Below, piece by piece: positions 13,201 through 26,262 of a stretch of DNA of 64,000 bases; the stretch's first letter is position 1; the number at the start of each line of letters is the position of its first letter. This stretch comes from Mytilus trossulus (lineage: Eukaryota): NCBI RefSeq assembly GCF_036588685.1, contig NC_086386.1:57908001-57972000 (forward strand), in the 5' to 3' direction. Both the position numbers and the translations under genes were made by a program. The notes under the pieces are model-generated. The model was given only the letters and a program-made list of their open reading frames with translations. It was not told where the DNA came from and searched no databases.

Positions 13201-15030
13201 TTCAAAATTTGTTATGTTTAAGACAGACAATGAAAGAAAAAACTGACTAGAAAATCTTAACTATATATATAAACAATGATAAATAGATATAGGAAGATGT
13301 GGTGTGAGTGCCAATGAGACAACTCTCCATCCAAATAACAATTTAAAAAGTAAACCATTATAGGTTAAAGTACGGCCTTCAACAAAGAGCCTTGGCTCAC
13401 ACAGAACAACAAGCTATAAAGGGCCCCAAAATTACTAGTGTAAAACCATTCAAACGGGAAAACCAACGGTCTAATCTATATAAACAAAACGAAAAACGAG
13501 AAACACATATATATTACATAAACAAATGACAACTACTGTACATCAGATTCCTGACTTAGGACAGGTGCAAACATTTGCACCAATCATAGTTTACTAATCT
13601 GAATTATGTCTAATCATCATTTTTTAAGACTTATACTACATGTTACTATGATGTAGTTTAGTGAAAAGAATTATTATCAATATCTTGTGCTTTTTTTTTA
13701 TTTCATATAAGTGTCCCCCCCTAATTAAATGATAAACCAGCTGATATTTAACATTCAAGATTTTATTTTTTAGGAAGATGCATTGCTTTGTTGTCAAACA
13801 AACATACTGACATAAATAAAACAAATAATATAAAGGTGTTGTTTTAAATGCAGTTGTCCATGAGTGAGAAATAATGGGACAAACGGAGAATGAGTCTTCA
13901 ATGAGAGAGAGCAACCCAATAACAAAAAAAACCAAATCATATAGAATTAAAATATAGGCAGGGATCCCTACACAATATACAAAGCTTTAAAATTGCTATA
14001 ATTCTTTATACCATTATGCAGAGACCATCGTAAGTCTAAATTTAACTTATAACATTTGCAGAGACCATCATAAGTCTAAATTCAACTTATAACATTATGC
14101 AGAGACCATCATAAGTCTAAATTCAACTTATAACATTATGCAGAGACCACCATAAGTCTAAATTCAACTTATAACATTATGCAGAGACCACCATAAGTCT
14201 AAATTCAACTTATAACATTATGCAGAGACCATCATAAGTCTAAATTCAACTTATAACATTATGCAGAGACCATCATAAGTCTAAATTCAACTTATAACAT
14301 TATGCAGAGACCACCATAAGTCTAAATTCAACTTATAACATTATGCAGAGACCATCATAAGTCTAAATTCAACTTATAACATTATGCAGAGACCATCATA
14401 AGTCTAAATTCAACTTATAACATTATGCAGAGACCAACATAAGTCTAATTTCAACTTTAATAAAATAAACATTTTTAGTTAATGACTTGTACCTATTCCT
14501 TTTGGTGCTGCTTCTTTCTTCTGTGGGCCAAGGTCTCCTGGGCCTAATTTGTTCACTCCACCTATTGGCTAAAAAAAAAAGAAAGATGAAATTACAATGT
14601 ATAATAGGCATTCACTTGGTGATATTGGAAAATATTGGTTAAAATTCACTAGAAATTAACATTTAAGTGAGCTAACTCCGTGTTTAGAGATTGTTCTAAC
14701 CAATAGTTAGCTACCTTGAAGATTTCTCGCATGACCAGACACCTAGAAATGAAAGACCTGTTGGTCATTTAAAACTCAGGATAAAGGTACATGTAAATTC
14801 AAAATAGAATGGTTAGCTTACAGTGGGTTTTTTTATGATTTCAAATTCTTTAAATTGCCAGATTATTACAAAAACTGCCTACTGGCATTTAACTTAGTAA
14901 ATGTAATTTCAATTTTATTTTCCATTCTTACTGAATCATCAATGTCACTGTCAGAATCATCTCCTTGGTCCGGTGGCACAAACATATCACGGAGCTGGAA
15001 CAAAGAATCTCTCGGCATAATACCATCCAT
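10222..15030 (-). CDS. DNAAF6: Dynein axonemal assembly factor 6 (PIH1D3), 6 coding exons, 194 aa
   Basis: Exons 15030-14932, 14568-14493, 13138-13039, 12172-12076, 11292-11207, 10348-10222. All GT-AG, phases consistent, 585 nt. Peptides DIWDDDEV..YDPRPQPDYDIIYKQAITSEDMFLQMGNKNNATASCEDMVVKIELPG...FLDCRTPR.KLGLHLPHPVD..AGKAQWD..KHVLTVTLRMVRDYDDFNF* match the PIH1D3/DNAAF6 pattern. Confidence 0.92.
12200..12570. repeat. 37-bp minisatellite, about 10 progressively degenerate copies, DNAAF6 intron
   Basis: Unit ATTATCTCCCTTCGTTAAATTACTAATATTAACAATA. Confidence 0.9.
14012..14458. repeat. 41-bp minisatellite, about 11 near-identical copies, DNAAF6 intron
   Basis: Unit CATTATGCAGAGACCA(T/C)CATAAGTCTAAATTCAACTTATAA, head-to-tail with no spacers. 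Confidence 0.95.
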
Positions 15031-16769
15031 TCTGAAATGTGCTTTATCACTTCAAATAAATCAGTTATGGTTCTGAAAATAAAAGAAAAATGTTTCTGTT
15101 TATAGTTATATATTTCAAACAATTTTTTTACCATGAATTTACCCTATAAACTCTAATATATATACATTGTAATTCATACAAAAACTTATGTTTCTAAAAA
15201 AAACAGCAATTTTGATATTGTTTAAAACTTTATACTTCAGGTCTGATTTTAATAAAAAAAAAATGTTAGTTTTTAAACCTAAGAAGGGGGGAATATTTTT
15301 TATTAATTTTCTTTATTGAGAATTAACTTTCATTACAAAAGTTAAAAGCAGCACCCTTAAATTACCTAGATGATAATCTTAACTTCATGTTTGACAAATG
15401 TATGATATAGGGATGAAACAAGAATAAATTCTTATCAGGACAATCAACTCCTTTTAGACATTAAGTTTCTCTTGACATTTAGAAAACAATGCCATCAACA
15501 TAAAGGAATTCAATAATCCTCAACTACATTCAATTATTTCATTAGAATTAATCCTGAACTTCATCATTAAGCTCTTAGGAATTCTGGTTAGCCATGCTAG
15601 CCTTGGAATGAATGTTGGTCATTCTATAAATAATGAAATCAATAAATTCCCAAAAAAATTGTTCTATGTCATTACAAAATTAAAAACATTTTATAGCAAG
15701 ATATTTTGTAGATAACTTTTGTCCAATCAAATAGGAAGTTACATCAAATTTTGGGTAAGTTAACAATGATAAAATTTATTTAATATAGTTTTTTTTAGTA
15801 AAAAATGCTCATTAAAATTATTTTTTTCAAATCACTTTAACATGATTAACAGAATTAAATTTACAAGTTAGAGATTTCTTCCTTCCGTCAGAGGTTATAC
15901 ACATAAAACATGTAAAAATCAATTGTATTTACTTTTTGAAAGTATTGTACTTACTTATATATTTGTAAATTTGTAAGATTTTTATTTTATCTTCTACATG
16001 CAGTATGATAATAATAATATCCCCTTAATCTTATTAATCAATTTTTTTCTTTTCTTAAACACCTTAAATTCCCAGGTTTTGGGAGATAAAAACTGGTTGT
16101 ATTAAAAATTTTTGTGACAGCATGGCCTGACCAGTGTGAGATGAAAAAGACCAACATTGCTTAATCATTTGTGTACACTGAATTTTGGAAGTTCAGAAGC
16201 ACAAAACAGACATGCACTTACACATGGTACACTGATGATTTTAGAAACAGAAAAAATATACATCTTCTTATTTTTATAAAATATATTTTTCTATCATGTC
16301 TATTTCAATTTCATGAATACTTTTTATTTTTATTTTTAATAATTATTTTTGTTTATCAGTTTGTTATTTGTATGAATTTTTCTTTCTTTACAATCCTATA
16401 CAAAACTATATTAGTACATCATGTATAGTTATTTGAACTAAAACGAATCATTATGTGTTTTATTTAAATTTTATAACAGTATTAATTTTTATCATGTTTT
16501 TCTTTTACACGGACAGTACAGTTTAATTTTCCATCATTGTGCACTTAATTTTGCAATGTTTATTATCATGATTATGTATCATTATTTAATTAAAACAATT
16601 TGAAAATAATTTTTCATACTCCTCACTCGTTCTACAGGAAATCCCCATGTTATCAATCATTTCCATATATATTTTATGTTTCATTACTGATCCGATGGCA
16701 TTTTAGTAGAATTCCGGATGTGGGTACGCGTAGCCTATGAATGGCAATTTGACTATTCGTACCTGAATG

Positions 16770-17856
16770 TGTAACGGTTTATTTCTTCCTCTGTGATATT
16801 TTATCCTGAGGATAATTTGTCACGGTAATTTATTTCCAGGCATGGTATTTCACAGGTAGAATTTTTTATGCGGATAGTATGTACCGGTATATATTTGCCG
16901 TATCATATTTCACAGAACCTTGTGAAATATACTCCCATTAACTAGTATGGAAGTTAATCGCAATCAATATATACCTGACTTTAATTGTAAAATGTTTTAC
17001 AATTGTAGAACAAATTTGCATAATTTATCAAAGGGAGGTAATTATATATGAGCAATTTATATCTTAAAGATATTAATATAATATATTCCTGAATCCATTT
17101 CATAGTGAAATTTTTCCTTGAATGTTATTTTTGATATATTCATTTATATAACAAGATGACTTACAACATAAATATTTAATAAGACAGATATTATTTCACA
17201 GGTAAATACTATCCAGCTGTTAAAATTGCTTTTGTTCCAATATATTGTTTAGCTATAATTTATCTGATTTCCATATAATCAACAACAACATATTTGTCCC
17301 CAGACTATTTATATAGTTAAAAATATTATCATAATCAAATTTTTCCATTACTGTTATTAAATAGTAGTAATGCAACTATATTTCTACCTTTACGTTTTAA
17401 TCTATATTTGTACTGAGATCTGAAAACAACTCACTTTTACATGTATTTCACTTACCTTATTTAATCATGATATTATTTCACAATTATGATCTTTGAAATT
17501 ATTTCTGGTTTTCTTTCCTATGTTTAATGATAATTTTCTTTTAAAAGAATGATATTTACTGAAAATTTTTTAGGAAATTTTTTCAATGATAATTTGTGAA
17601 ATAATTCCCATTAAAATATGGTGTTTTTTTTTACAAAATAGGTTTAATTCAAATACATTTTTATTATTTCATAGTATTTGTAAAGGATAAGTTTTTTCTA
17701 ATAACTATTCAATATGTTAACTACCCAGATAGAATTTCACGGCAAAGGAACAAATATCCCAGGGAAATATTTTCCTCCGGATAAAAAAATAACAACAACT
17801 ACTGTGACATCTTTTCCTCCAAAACAAATTTCACCCGGATATAATTTTGCTTTACA
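16770..17856. mobile_element. Non-autonomous TGT...ACA element with 4-bp TSD (Ginger-like)
   Basis: AATG|TGTAACGG ... GCTTTACA|AATG. It splits another repeat whose uninterrupted copy is at about 41911-42025 (...GTACCCGAATGCGGGTACGC...), which confirms the breakpoints. Confidence 0.75.
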
Positions 17857-18285
17857 AATGCAGGTACGCACAACACTGCCTTTTGTTTTATGACCTCTAA
17901 ATTTTTTGAGAACCTGTGTGATGTCCAGTGATGGCAGACAAATAGCAATAAATCAGATAAGGTGTATAATATGGGGGCAAAAAAAAGGGGGATGATAAAT
18001 ATGAATACAGTATATATATATAAAAAAACGGAAAATTAATATTTTTGTCAGTCAGTACAAAATCAAGGATTATTTTACAACAGTTTGGTAAACTAACGGG
18101 CAGGCAAACTCGTGAAAAATTATGTGGTAAAGTCTAGAGTAGTCGATTAAACTTTTGCCATTTTAGTACAAGTAGTTTTTGTCGATTATACCTCATATCA
18201 GATTCACCAATTTTTGGAAGTTACTTACCAAATTGTATTTAATATGTTCAACTAGCCTGTCTAGCGTTTATCTCCACCTATTGCA

Positions 18286-18348
18286 TTAGATAGCAACCAA
18301 ATAAATTTTTAACAGGTTTTCGCATGCCGAGTTTGTTTACTTCCGGTG
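18286..18348 (-). promoter_or_regulatory. Candidate DNAAF6 promoter: RFX X-box-like site, forkhead site, ETS site
   Basis: GTTGCTATCTAA (- strand, 18297-18286), TGTTTAC (18334-18340), ACTTCCGG (18339-18346). Possible non-coding first-exon donor GTAAGT near 18228. Confidence 0.45.
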
Positions 18349-21348
18349 TAATTTTGGAGTTATGTCCCCTCGTCAAACTTGGCGGGAAAACTTGAAAACA
18401 CTTATGAAAACTGTTAAATATAAAACTATTCTGTCAGAAAAGAAAAAAGAAACCTGCACACCACAACAATGTGTGTCTTTTCAATAGGGAGCTAATCTTT
18501 GATTTTTGTTGGGGTGGGGCAGGAACATATTAACTTTAGATATACTGTTCCCAGGGTGGGGCTAGGATGATAACTTAACCCCCCCCCCCCCCCCCCCCCC
18601 CCCAAAATCAATGTTGTCACCTGCATTTTATTTCAATTGTAATCTTGGTCCTGCCTTTTTATTTTCACTCAATTAGGTCCTGCCTTTTTTTATTTAGTTT
18701 ATCCTGACTTCTATTTTACCCTAAATTGTCAATCGGCTTTTTGTTTTGTCAAAGCCGTCGTCTCAACTTGCCATGCAGTCATTTTCTGTTTTCGCTGCCT
18801 TGCCTTACACATGCATACCTCTAACACTAATCATGTAATTTGAAAAATCTATGCGTGCATTTAATCAAATAAGTTAAAATTTTAAATTATATTATTTAGT
18901 CACAGTGATTAATCAAACGATTGATTCATTTATAGATACTTATCGTACTCAGTTATTTTGGCTTTTTTCACTTTTTGATTCGAGTGTCACTGCCGATGAG
19001 TTTTTTTATAGACTAAACGCGCATATATATGATGCCTAAATAATTTCAATCCTGGTATCTATGGTGAATGTATTGTTATTGTTTCTTTGTCATTTTTAAG
19101 TGCAGAGTTGGTCGTGGATAACCTGTCAGTGATCTGTCCGTAAATTTTATATACCGAAAAGAGGGACAAAAGATACCAGAGGGTCGACATTCAAACGAAT
19201 AGAACAATTTCCTGTTTTATTTCGCCAGGATAGGAGAAGGGGCGAATATACTTGCCTGGTGAGGTAAAATTAAGAATGAAAATTGGGAATGTGTCAAAGA
19301 GACAACAACCCGACCAAAAAGTAGAAAACAGTCGAAATCAACCAATGTGTCTTCAACACAGCGAGAAAATCCCACACCCAGAGGCGTGCCTCAGCGGGCC
19401 CCTAAACAAAATGTGAATTATAGTTCAGTGATAATAGACGTCATTCTAACTTCTGGAATATACCAAGGAACTAATGTGAAGAGTTGTGACGTCTCATTGG
19501 CAATCATAACACATCTTCTTTTTTATATATATAGAATTAAAAAAAAAGTACAAGAATTTTAGTGAAAGCCCGAACTGGACGAAAATAATCAACCCCACAT
19601 GATGCTGGAAACTAAATTTAAAATTATTTTCGCTCAAAATAGATAAACTGACTTAAATCAACAGTTGGAAATTAATATTTTCATAGCACGTCGCCCCTTA
19701 ACCCCCTCCCCCGGCCCGACCCGGAAATGGTCACCCTTCAAGTGCAACCACAAGTGTTAATCTATGATCAGACATTGAATTTTAAATGGCATTTTTCATC
19801 GCAGTGTAATATGTATTATATTGAGCAACAATAGGCTAATTACAATCCTCCTCCGCAGTAACAAGTTTTGGCGTTATGCCGAAATGTATACTACAAATAA
19901 TTACAACTTAGAGATGCTATTCACTACAATGGAATGCAATCGACATTATTTTACTTTCACGAAAATGTACTTCTCGCCAAAAAGCAAACTAATAAATATT
20001 GATTGCTGACAACTTAATGGTAAATGCATGATATTTAAAATATGTTTGAAAAGCGCAATACGTGTTTAAGATTACACTTTGTTTAAATGCCCAGCAGCAA
20101 CTATTACATGGATACTAAGATGTGAACATGTCAATGAGATAAGAATGCACGAAAAAAGGGGTTTGGGTTGGGGGGTGGGGTGGGGGGGGGGGGGGGGGTG
20201 TTACGAGAACTATGCTGGTACCTCCCTATAATCTCTACTAAGTTTATCTGATACTGTATGAATAGATAGTCATTGAAGTAAGAAATTCGTCCCTTTTTGC
20301 GAATAATTGGAAATGCAATTCACCAGTCTTCGCTATTTAAATTTCGTTACAAGAACCATGTTTTAACAAGATGAGGAGTTAGAAATATTACAATTTATAC
20401 ATAATTAAATCTGTCCACTTTTCATCCGTAAATTTTAAAGCCCGGTATATTTGCTTCTGTATGTTTGCTAAGAACCATTGGTTATTTGTGGAGGTTCTTT
20501 TTATATAGTTTTCTGATTTTGTTTATATTAGCTGGACGTCTCATAACATTCATTAACCTCACAGTTTTACATATATGCGTATACAGTCAATTAGAGAAGA
20601 CATAGGCCATAACGGCAGTCTTCTATAAACTCGAAGACATATTCGTATCGCGCCATATGAAAGTCAAGATATAGTGTCAAATGAATGAGGAGCACTAAGA
20701 GAGGATTTCATACGCAAAAACTTGTTGAAAACCTTTTTTTTTTTCTAATTTTCGGTATATTTTTTCATCAAATTCGGTCATAAACTAGCAGATTGTTCTA
20801 TGTACAATGTATGTGGGTTGATCCAGCTTTTCTGCACCTTTGGATAAAAGCCTTAAAGTGACCCATTGTTTCAAACCACTCTGTCGTTTGGTCGCTGCTA
20901 CATGAATTGTTTTCTCATATAGGAAATCATACCACATATATATATCGTTATTGTCGGTATTGTATATGCAAGGCTACGCTAAAACCCGGCTGGTACACTT
21001 ACGGTGTATGTTGAAAAAAACTCTCAAAGAAGTATGACGATTTTTTTTTTGTCTGTCATTTTATGTTTGTCTAGTTTATCTAATACTGAAATCTAAAGAA
21101 AATTTCCCTTGTATAACCTTTACGCTTGACATTTAAGAATAGACCTCTTCAATTGTCAATGCCCCCTTTCGCCATCCAACCTTTGTATTTAAATTTCTTT
21201 TACTAGCCGCAATTCTATACCATTTTAAAATCACGCACCATAAAAAATTTAACTGAGCCTTTTTGAATATAACAATGAACAAATAAAATGTTCATGAATA
21301 ATATTGTATAAGTTTAACTGACAAAGTTAAATTTAAATAAAATAAAAA

Positions 21349-21354
21349 TTTATT
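21349..21354 (-). terminator. Candidate polyadenylation signal of HSP70
   Basis: AATAAA on the - strand about 150 nt after the stop codon. AT-rich context lowers specificity. Confidence 0.45.
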
Positions 21355-21505
21355 TTGAAACATGAAGCGATACATCATATATACAATGACAATATTTGCC
21401 AAGCGCCAAACAGCAAACCAAACTTATCATTTAACACTTATGCATAATATGAAAAAATACAGATATATTATCTATGAATACATGTCATATTCCTTTGTCA
21501 ATTCA

Positions 21506-23407
21506 TTAATCTACTTCCTCGACTGTTGGTCCCTGTGTTGAGCCTCCGTGTGATTCGCCTCCGGATTTGGCACCGCCTCCATGTAGTTTTGTCATTACAG
21601 GCGAAGCGACCTGTTGTAAATCTTTCATGTGATAGTCGTATTCATCTTTATCGGCTAACGTATTTGCTTCTAGCCATTTCAGTGTTTCTTCACATTTTTT
21701 CAACACTTTGTCTTTTTCATCTTGTGACAGCTTGTCGCCAGCGTCATTTATCGCCATCCGAACAGTAAAAGCATAATTCTCAAGTTGATTTTTCGAAGTT
21801 ACCCTTTCTCGCTGTTTATCATCTTCATCTTTGTATTTCTCTGCTTCATTAACCATTCGGTCTATCTCGGCTTTGCTCAATCGTCCTTTATCGTTTGTAA
21901 TTGTGATTTTATTCGATTTACCCGTACTTTTATCCTCGGCATGTACGTTTAAGATTCCGTTAGCATCAATGTCAAATGTCACTTCAATTTGAGGAACACC
22001 ACGCGGTGCGGGTGGTATACCATTTAAATCAAAATTTCCTAATAGATTATTGTCTTTGGTCATAGCTCTCTCACCTTCATACACCTGTATATGAACACCA
22101 GGTTGGTTGTCTGCGTAAGTTGTAAATGTTTTTGCCATTTTGCAAGGTATCCTGCTGTTCCGGTCGATCAGATTTGTCATAACACCACCTGCTGTTTCAA
22201 TTCCTAATGATAACGGCGCAACGTCAACTAAGAGAACATCTTTGATTGCTTCGCTGGTGTCGCCTGTTAGAACGGCGGCTTGTATTGCAGCGCCATAGGC
22301 GACAGCTTCATCCGGATTGATCGATTTATTTAGCTCTCTTCCTGCCATGAATTCTTGTAATAGCTTTTGAATTTTTGGAATTCTAGTAGATCCACCGACG
22401 AGGACAACGTCATGGATTTTAGATTTATCAAGTTTTGCATCTCGAAGTGCACGTTCGACCGGTTCAAGTGTCCCTCTAAATAGATCTGCATTGAGCTCTT
22501 CGAATCTAGCCCGCGATATTTTAGTATAATAATCAACACCGTCAAATAGTGAATCTATTTCTATACTTGCCTCGGCACTGCTGGACAAAGTTCGCTTCGC
22601 CCTTTCGCATGCCGTTCTTAGTCTCCTTACAGCTCTGTTATTGCCGCTCATATCCTTGTGGTGCTTTCGTTTGAATTCCTGCATGAAAAAATCCACCATT
22701 CTAATATCAAAATCCTCTCCACCAAGATGAGTATCTCCCGCTGTGGACCTCACTTCGAACATCGAACCTTCGTCGATCGTAAGAATCGATACATCGAATG
22801 TACCGCCTCCAAGATCGTAAATTAAAACATTCTTTTCACCTTTCAAGTTTTTATCAAGACCATAAGCAAGAGCCGCAGCGGTTGGCTCGTTGATAATCCT
22901 CAATACATTCAATCCAGCAATTGATCCGGAATCTTTCGTTGCTTGTCTTTGGGAATCGTTGAAATATGCTGGTACCGTTACGACGACATCTTTTATTTTC
23001 TTTCCAAGATATGCACTTGCCGTCTCCGCCATTTTTGTTAGTATCATTGAACTGATTTCTTCGGCACTGAATTTTTTCGTTTCTCCTTTAAACTCCACTT
23101 GAATCATTGGTTTATTATTGACGTTTACGACTTTAAACGACCAATGTTTCATATCGTTCTGCACCGAAATGTCATCAAATTTTCGACCGATCAGACGTTT
23201 TGCGTCAAATACCGAGTTCGTGGCATTCATCGCAACTTGGCTTTTAGCTGCATCTCCAATCAAACGCTCGGTGTCCGTAAACGCTACGTAACTCGGCGTT
23301 GTCCTGTTCCCTTGGTCATTGGCTATAATTTCTACTTTGCCATTCTGGAAAGCTCCAACACAAGAATAAGTTGTTCCAAGATCTATTCCAACCGCCTTTG
23401 CAGTCAT
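21506..23407 (-). CDS. HSP70: Heat shock protein 70, cytosolic, intronless (inducible type)
   Basis: 633 aa. Signatures [36 protein letters not shown]; C-terminal GPTVEEVD; no introns in the CDS. Confidence 0.98.
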   Translation of the reverse strand: MTAKAVGIDLGTTYSCVGAFQNGKVEIIANDQGNRTTPSYVAFTDTERLIGDAAKSQVAMNATNSVFDAKRLIGRKFDDISVQNDMKHWSFKVVNVNNKPMIQVEFKGETKKFSAEEISSMILTKMAETASAYLGKKIKDVVVTVPAYFNDSQRQATKDSGSIAGLNVLRIINEPTAAALAYGLDKNLKGEKNVLIYDLGGGTFDVSILTIDEGSMFEVRSTAGDTHLGGEDFDIRMVDFFMQEFKRKHHKDMSGNNRAVRRLRTACERAKRTLSSSAEASIEIDSLFDGVDYYTKISRARFEELNADLFRGTLEPVERALRDAKLDKSKIHDVVLVGGSTRIPKIQKLLQEFMAGRELNKSINPDEAVAYGAAIQAAVLTGDTSEAIKDVLLVDVAPLSLGIETAGGVMTNLIDRNSRIPCKMAKTFTTYADNQPGVHIQVYEGERAMTKDNNLLGNFDLNGIPPAPRGVPQIEVTFDIDANGILNVHAEDKSTGKSNKITITNDKGRLSKAEIDRMVNEAEKYKDEDDKQRERVTSKNQLENYAFTVRMAINDAGDKLSQDEKDKVLKKCEETLKWLEANTLADKDEYDYHMKDLQQVASPVMTKLHGGGAKSGGESHGGSTQGPTVEEVD

Positions 23408-23702
23408 TTTAAAATTAATCTGTCAAATAAAATATTAAGACAAGTCTTTAACAAAAACGAATCAGTCTCTTTCGGTTTCTATAATTATTAGTCCCAAAAA
23501 CGTCTAACTATATCCGAAGTCAAAACACGGAAGTTCTATACGAACTCAGAGAAACATCAAATAATATAAAGTCAGCTATTATCTTGCCAAAATACAAACA
23601 ATGTTAGACGTGAAATAAGTGCAGCTTCATACAGGTTGATATATGTAGTATATTTACGCCTCGTGAAACTGACTAAGTTAATAAATATTCATTTGATGTT
23701 TT

Positions 23703-23911
23703 TTCTATAGATACTTCTAGATTTTACCTGTATGTGTTTATATATACAAAATATATAATCATGCATATACACGTCTAGAAATTTCTAGTTATTGCTATCT
23801 ATTTTCAATAATTTGTGAAATGCAATTATGATACGAAGGCCAACACATTTTCGTATCTATTTTAATATTTTATAACATGTTAAGGATGTTTTGTAAATAA
23901 CTAGAACGTTC
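23703..23911. promoter_or_regulatory. Heat-shock elements upstream of HSP70
   Basis: nGAAnnTTCn units: gTCtaGAAatTTCta (23773-23787) and taGAAcgTTC (23902-23911); degenerate TTCtaGAt near 23715. They lie 300-500 bp upstream of the ATG. Confidence 0.7.
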
Positions 23912-24326
23912 AATTGATAGTTATACCAGGGTTATACGAGGTTTAAGATCTATATATATATTTTAGATGGTCGAATAAAATTACAGAATTTAACTTCTTT
24001 AATAGGTTATATACCGGATTCATTTACCCATGTTACATAAACTATTTATTTATAATCATTTTAGATTTGAAAACCAGTTTTAAACATGAATTGATTAAAT
24101 AATGTTTTATATTTCTGCGGCATCATCATTCACACTTGATTGATAGATAGAATGGTTGTTTGTGTTTTACGTCAATTTCAGTTCTCTTTGCTGTATCTTG
24201 ACATCCATGGCGTCCAGGACTTGTGGCCTGGTGCTTACTGTACCTAATATGTGGATATTAACACGATACATTCTATATCAGTCTAACTTTTTTGTATAAA
24301 GGGACTCAAGTATAGTCTCGATCAAC

Positions 24327-24446
24327 AATTTAAAATTTATTAAACACGATTTCCGCCCTTAATATATAATATAAAGGGTCATATATATATAAAGTATATA
24401 TATTTTTAAACTAAGGGCGATAATCGTGTTTAATAAATTTTAAATT
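24327..24446. repeat. 35-bp near-perfect inverted repeat around an AT/TA-rich spacer
   Basis: AATTTAAAATTTATTAAACACGATTTCCGCCCTTA ... TAAGGGCGATAATCGTGTTTAATAAATTTTAAATT. Confidence 0.85.
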
Positions 24447-26113
24447 ATAATTACTATTGACTATACAAACAGCAGATACAATGTCACATGAACAGTAATT
24501 ATTTGTACTGATTGATTGACTATTGTTTGCTTTTACGTCCAGTTGCATATACTTCATGCATATTCAAGACATGAACAGTAAAATTGCAAAGCAAAAATGC
24601 ATCGACATATAAATACCAATTGAACGAAAAAAGTAAAATCACAAAAATACTGAACTCAGAGGAAAATCAATTTGGAAAGTCCATAATCACATGGCAAAAT
24701 CAAAAAACAAAACGCATCAAAAACGAATGGACAAGAACTGTCATATTCCTGACTTGGTACAGGCATTTTCAAATGTAGAAAATGGTGGATTAAACCTGGT
24801 TCTATAGCGCTAACCCTCTCACTTTAATAACAGTCTCATCAAATTCCGTTACATTTACATGATGCGTTAAATAAACAGTCACAATCAATAAAATAGTCAA
24901 AATATGGGAACATCAGTCATCATCGTATAACAATTTAACAGGACACAACAACATCTACTATCTACGAACACATGGAGTACTACTAGTATTGAATTCGCAG
25001 TTGACATGTTGTAGGTAATGTACATCAAATCGTCACATGCGTAAGGAGCCAGGCACCCGTCTTCACAAGAAAAATCCCTAAAACTACACGCAATATAAAA
25101 AATTGAGCTAGTGCTAAAAATATATACTAGTGATTGATTAATGGTCATGACCACGTTAGGGTTAGGGTAAGGATTATGCCACAATTTCTTAAAATGTCAT
25201 ATGTGGTCATAGTACATTGACCTATAATGGTTTACTTTTATAAATTGTTATTTGGATGGAGAGTTGTCTCATTGGCACTCACACCACATCTTCCTATATC
25301 TATATACACAAACAAACTAAAGATATATACATATGAGTTTATGGGTGAATTTTTGGGTGAAATGACTATGTCAGTCGACATTTTCTAAATAATACAGATA
25401 TAAATGTATCCCTCTCAGAAATGTTTAACCCCGCAACATCATTTGTGTCTGTGTCATGTGTGTGATTTTCATTATTCAGTAGAACAAGACAAAATTAGCA
25501 GAATGCACTATCAATAACGGATTACTGACTGAAAGAATTTATACGTGTACTTAGACAACAAATAGCATCGATTTCAATTATAAGTAACTATAAGTAAATA
25601 ATATGCGAGTGCCAACACATTCCAGATATTTTATAGACTAACTCATTGTGTATCCTGTCATGTGCAAATTACATACATGCATGCACTTCACCATTAAAAT
25701 AATTGGGTTTTTGTCTGACATCAAGTTAATTTCGTTGGATTCCTATGTAGGATTTAAAGTATCCCACCCCCTTACACTTGACCCAAAAGGAAATATAGTA
25801 TCGGAATGACATTTTGTAAAGGTACTTTACTTTTGGAGGTAGCAATTGTTTATTTTTGGGTTAAGTTTTAGGTATTTAAATTGTCAGCTAGTTAATAATT
25901 ACTAGATGTACAAATGTATGTTCAATATAATACGTTATTCTGATTGGCTTACTGCACATCACATGTTATTCCGTAAGCAATTGCATTTGACAATAACATG
26001 TTTCATTCATGATGACAGGAGGTCCCACAATAAAGTGCACAGGTGAATTAAATAAAACTTGATCAAAATCGTGTTAATTTTCATGATCCTAGCTAAAAAA
26101 TGTTATTATAAAT

Positions 26114-26262
26114 ATTGAATGCTTCTTTTTGTAACTTTATAGGGATGTAAAAGCGTTGACCGTGCGTACATTTTTTGAATGAAGCGCTTCAGCGCTTCAT
26201 ACAAAATGTACTTCGGTCAACGCCTTTACACCCCAATATATTTACAAAAAGAAGCATTCAAT
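26114..26262. repeat. Long imperfect palindrome (about 70-bp arms) within a repeat element
   Basis: ATTGAATGCTTCTTTTTGTAA...ATGAAGCGCT tc AGCGCTTCAT...TTACAAAAAGAAGCATTCAAT. Confidence 0.85.

Noticed and set aside
14012-14458. CRISPR-like regular repeat
   Set aside because: Head-to-tail units with no unique spacers, in a eukaryotic intron, no cas genes.
18578-20198. Poly-C and poly-G tracts (also 7958-7980) as functional G-quadruplexes
   Set aside because: Homopolymers within repeat-derived sequence; no evidence of function and lengths are unreliable.
21526-23491. Short ORFs overlapping HSP70
   Set aside because: Antisense or alternative-frame by-products of a conserved CDS.
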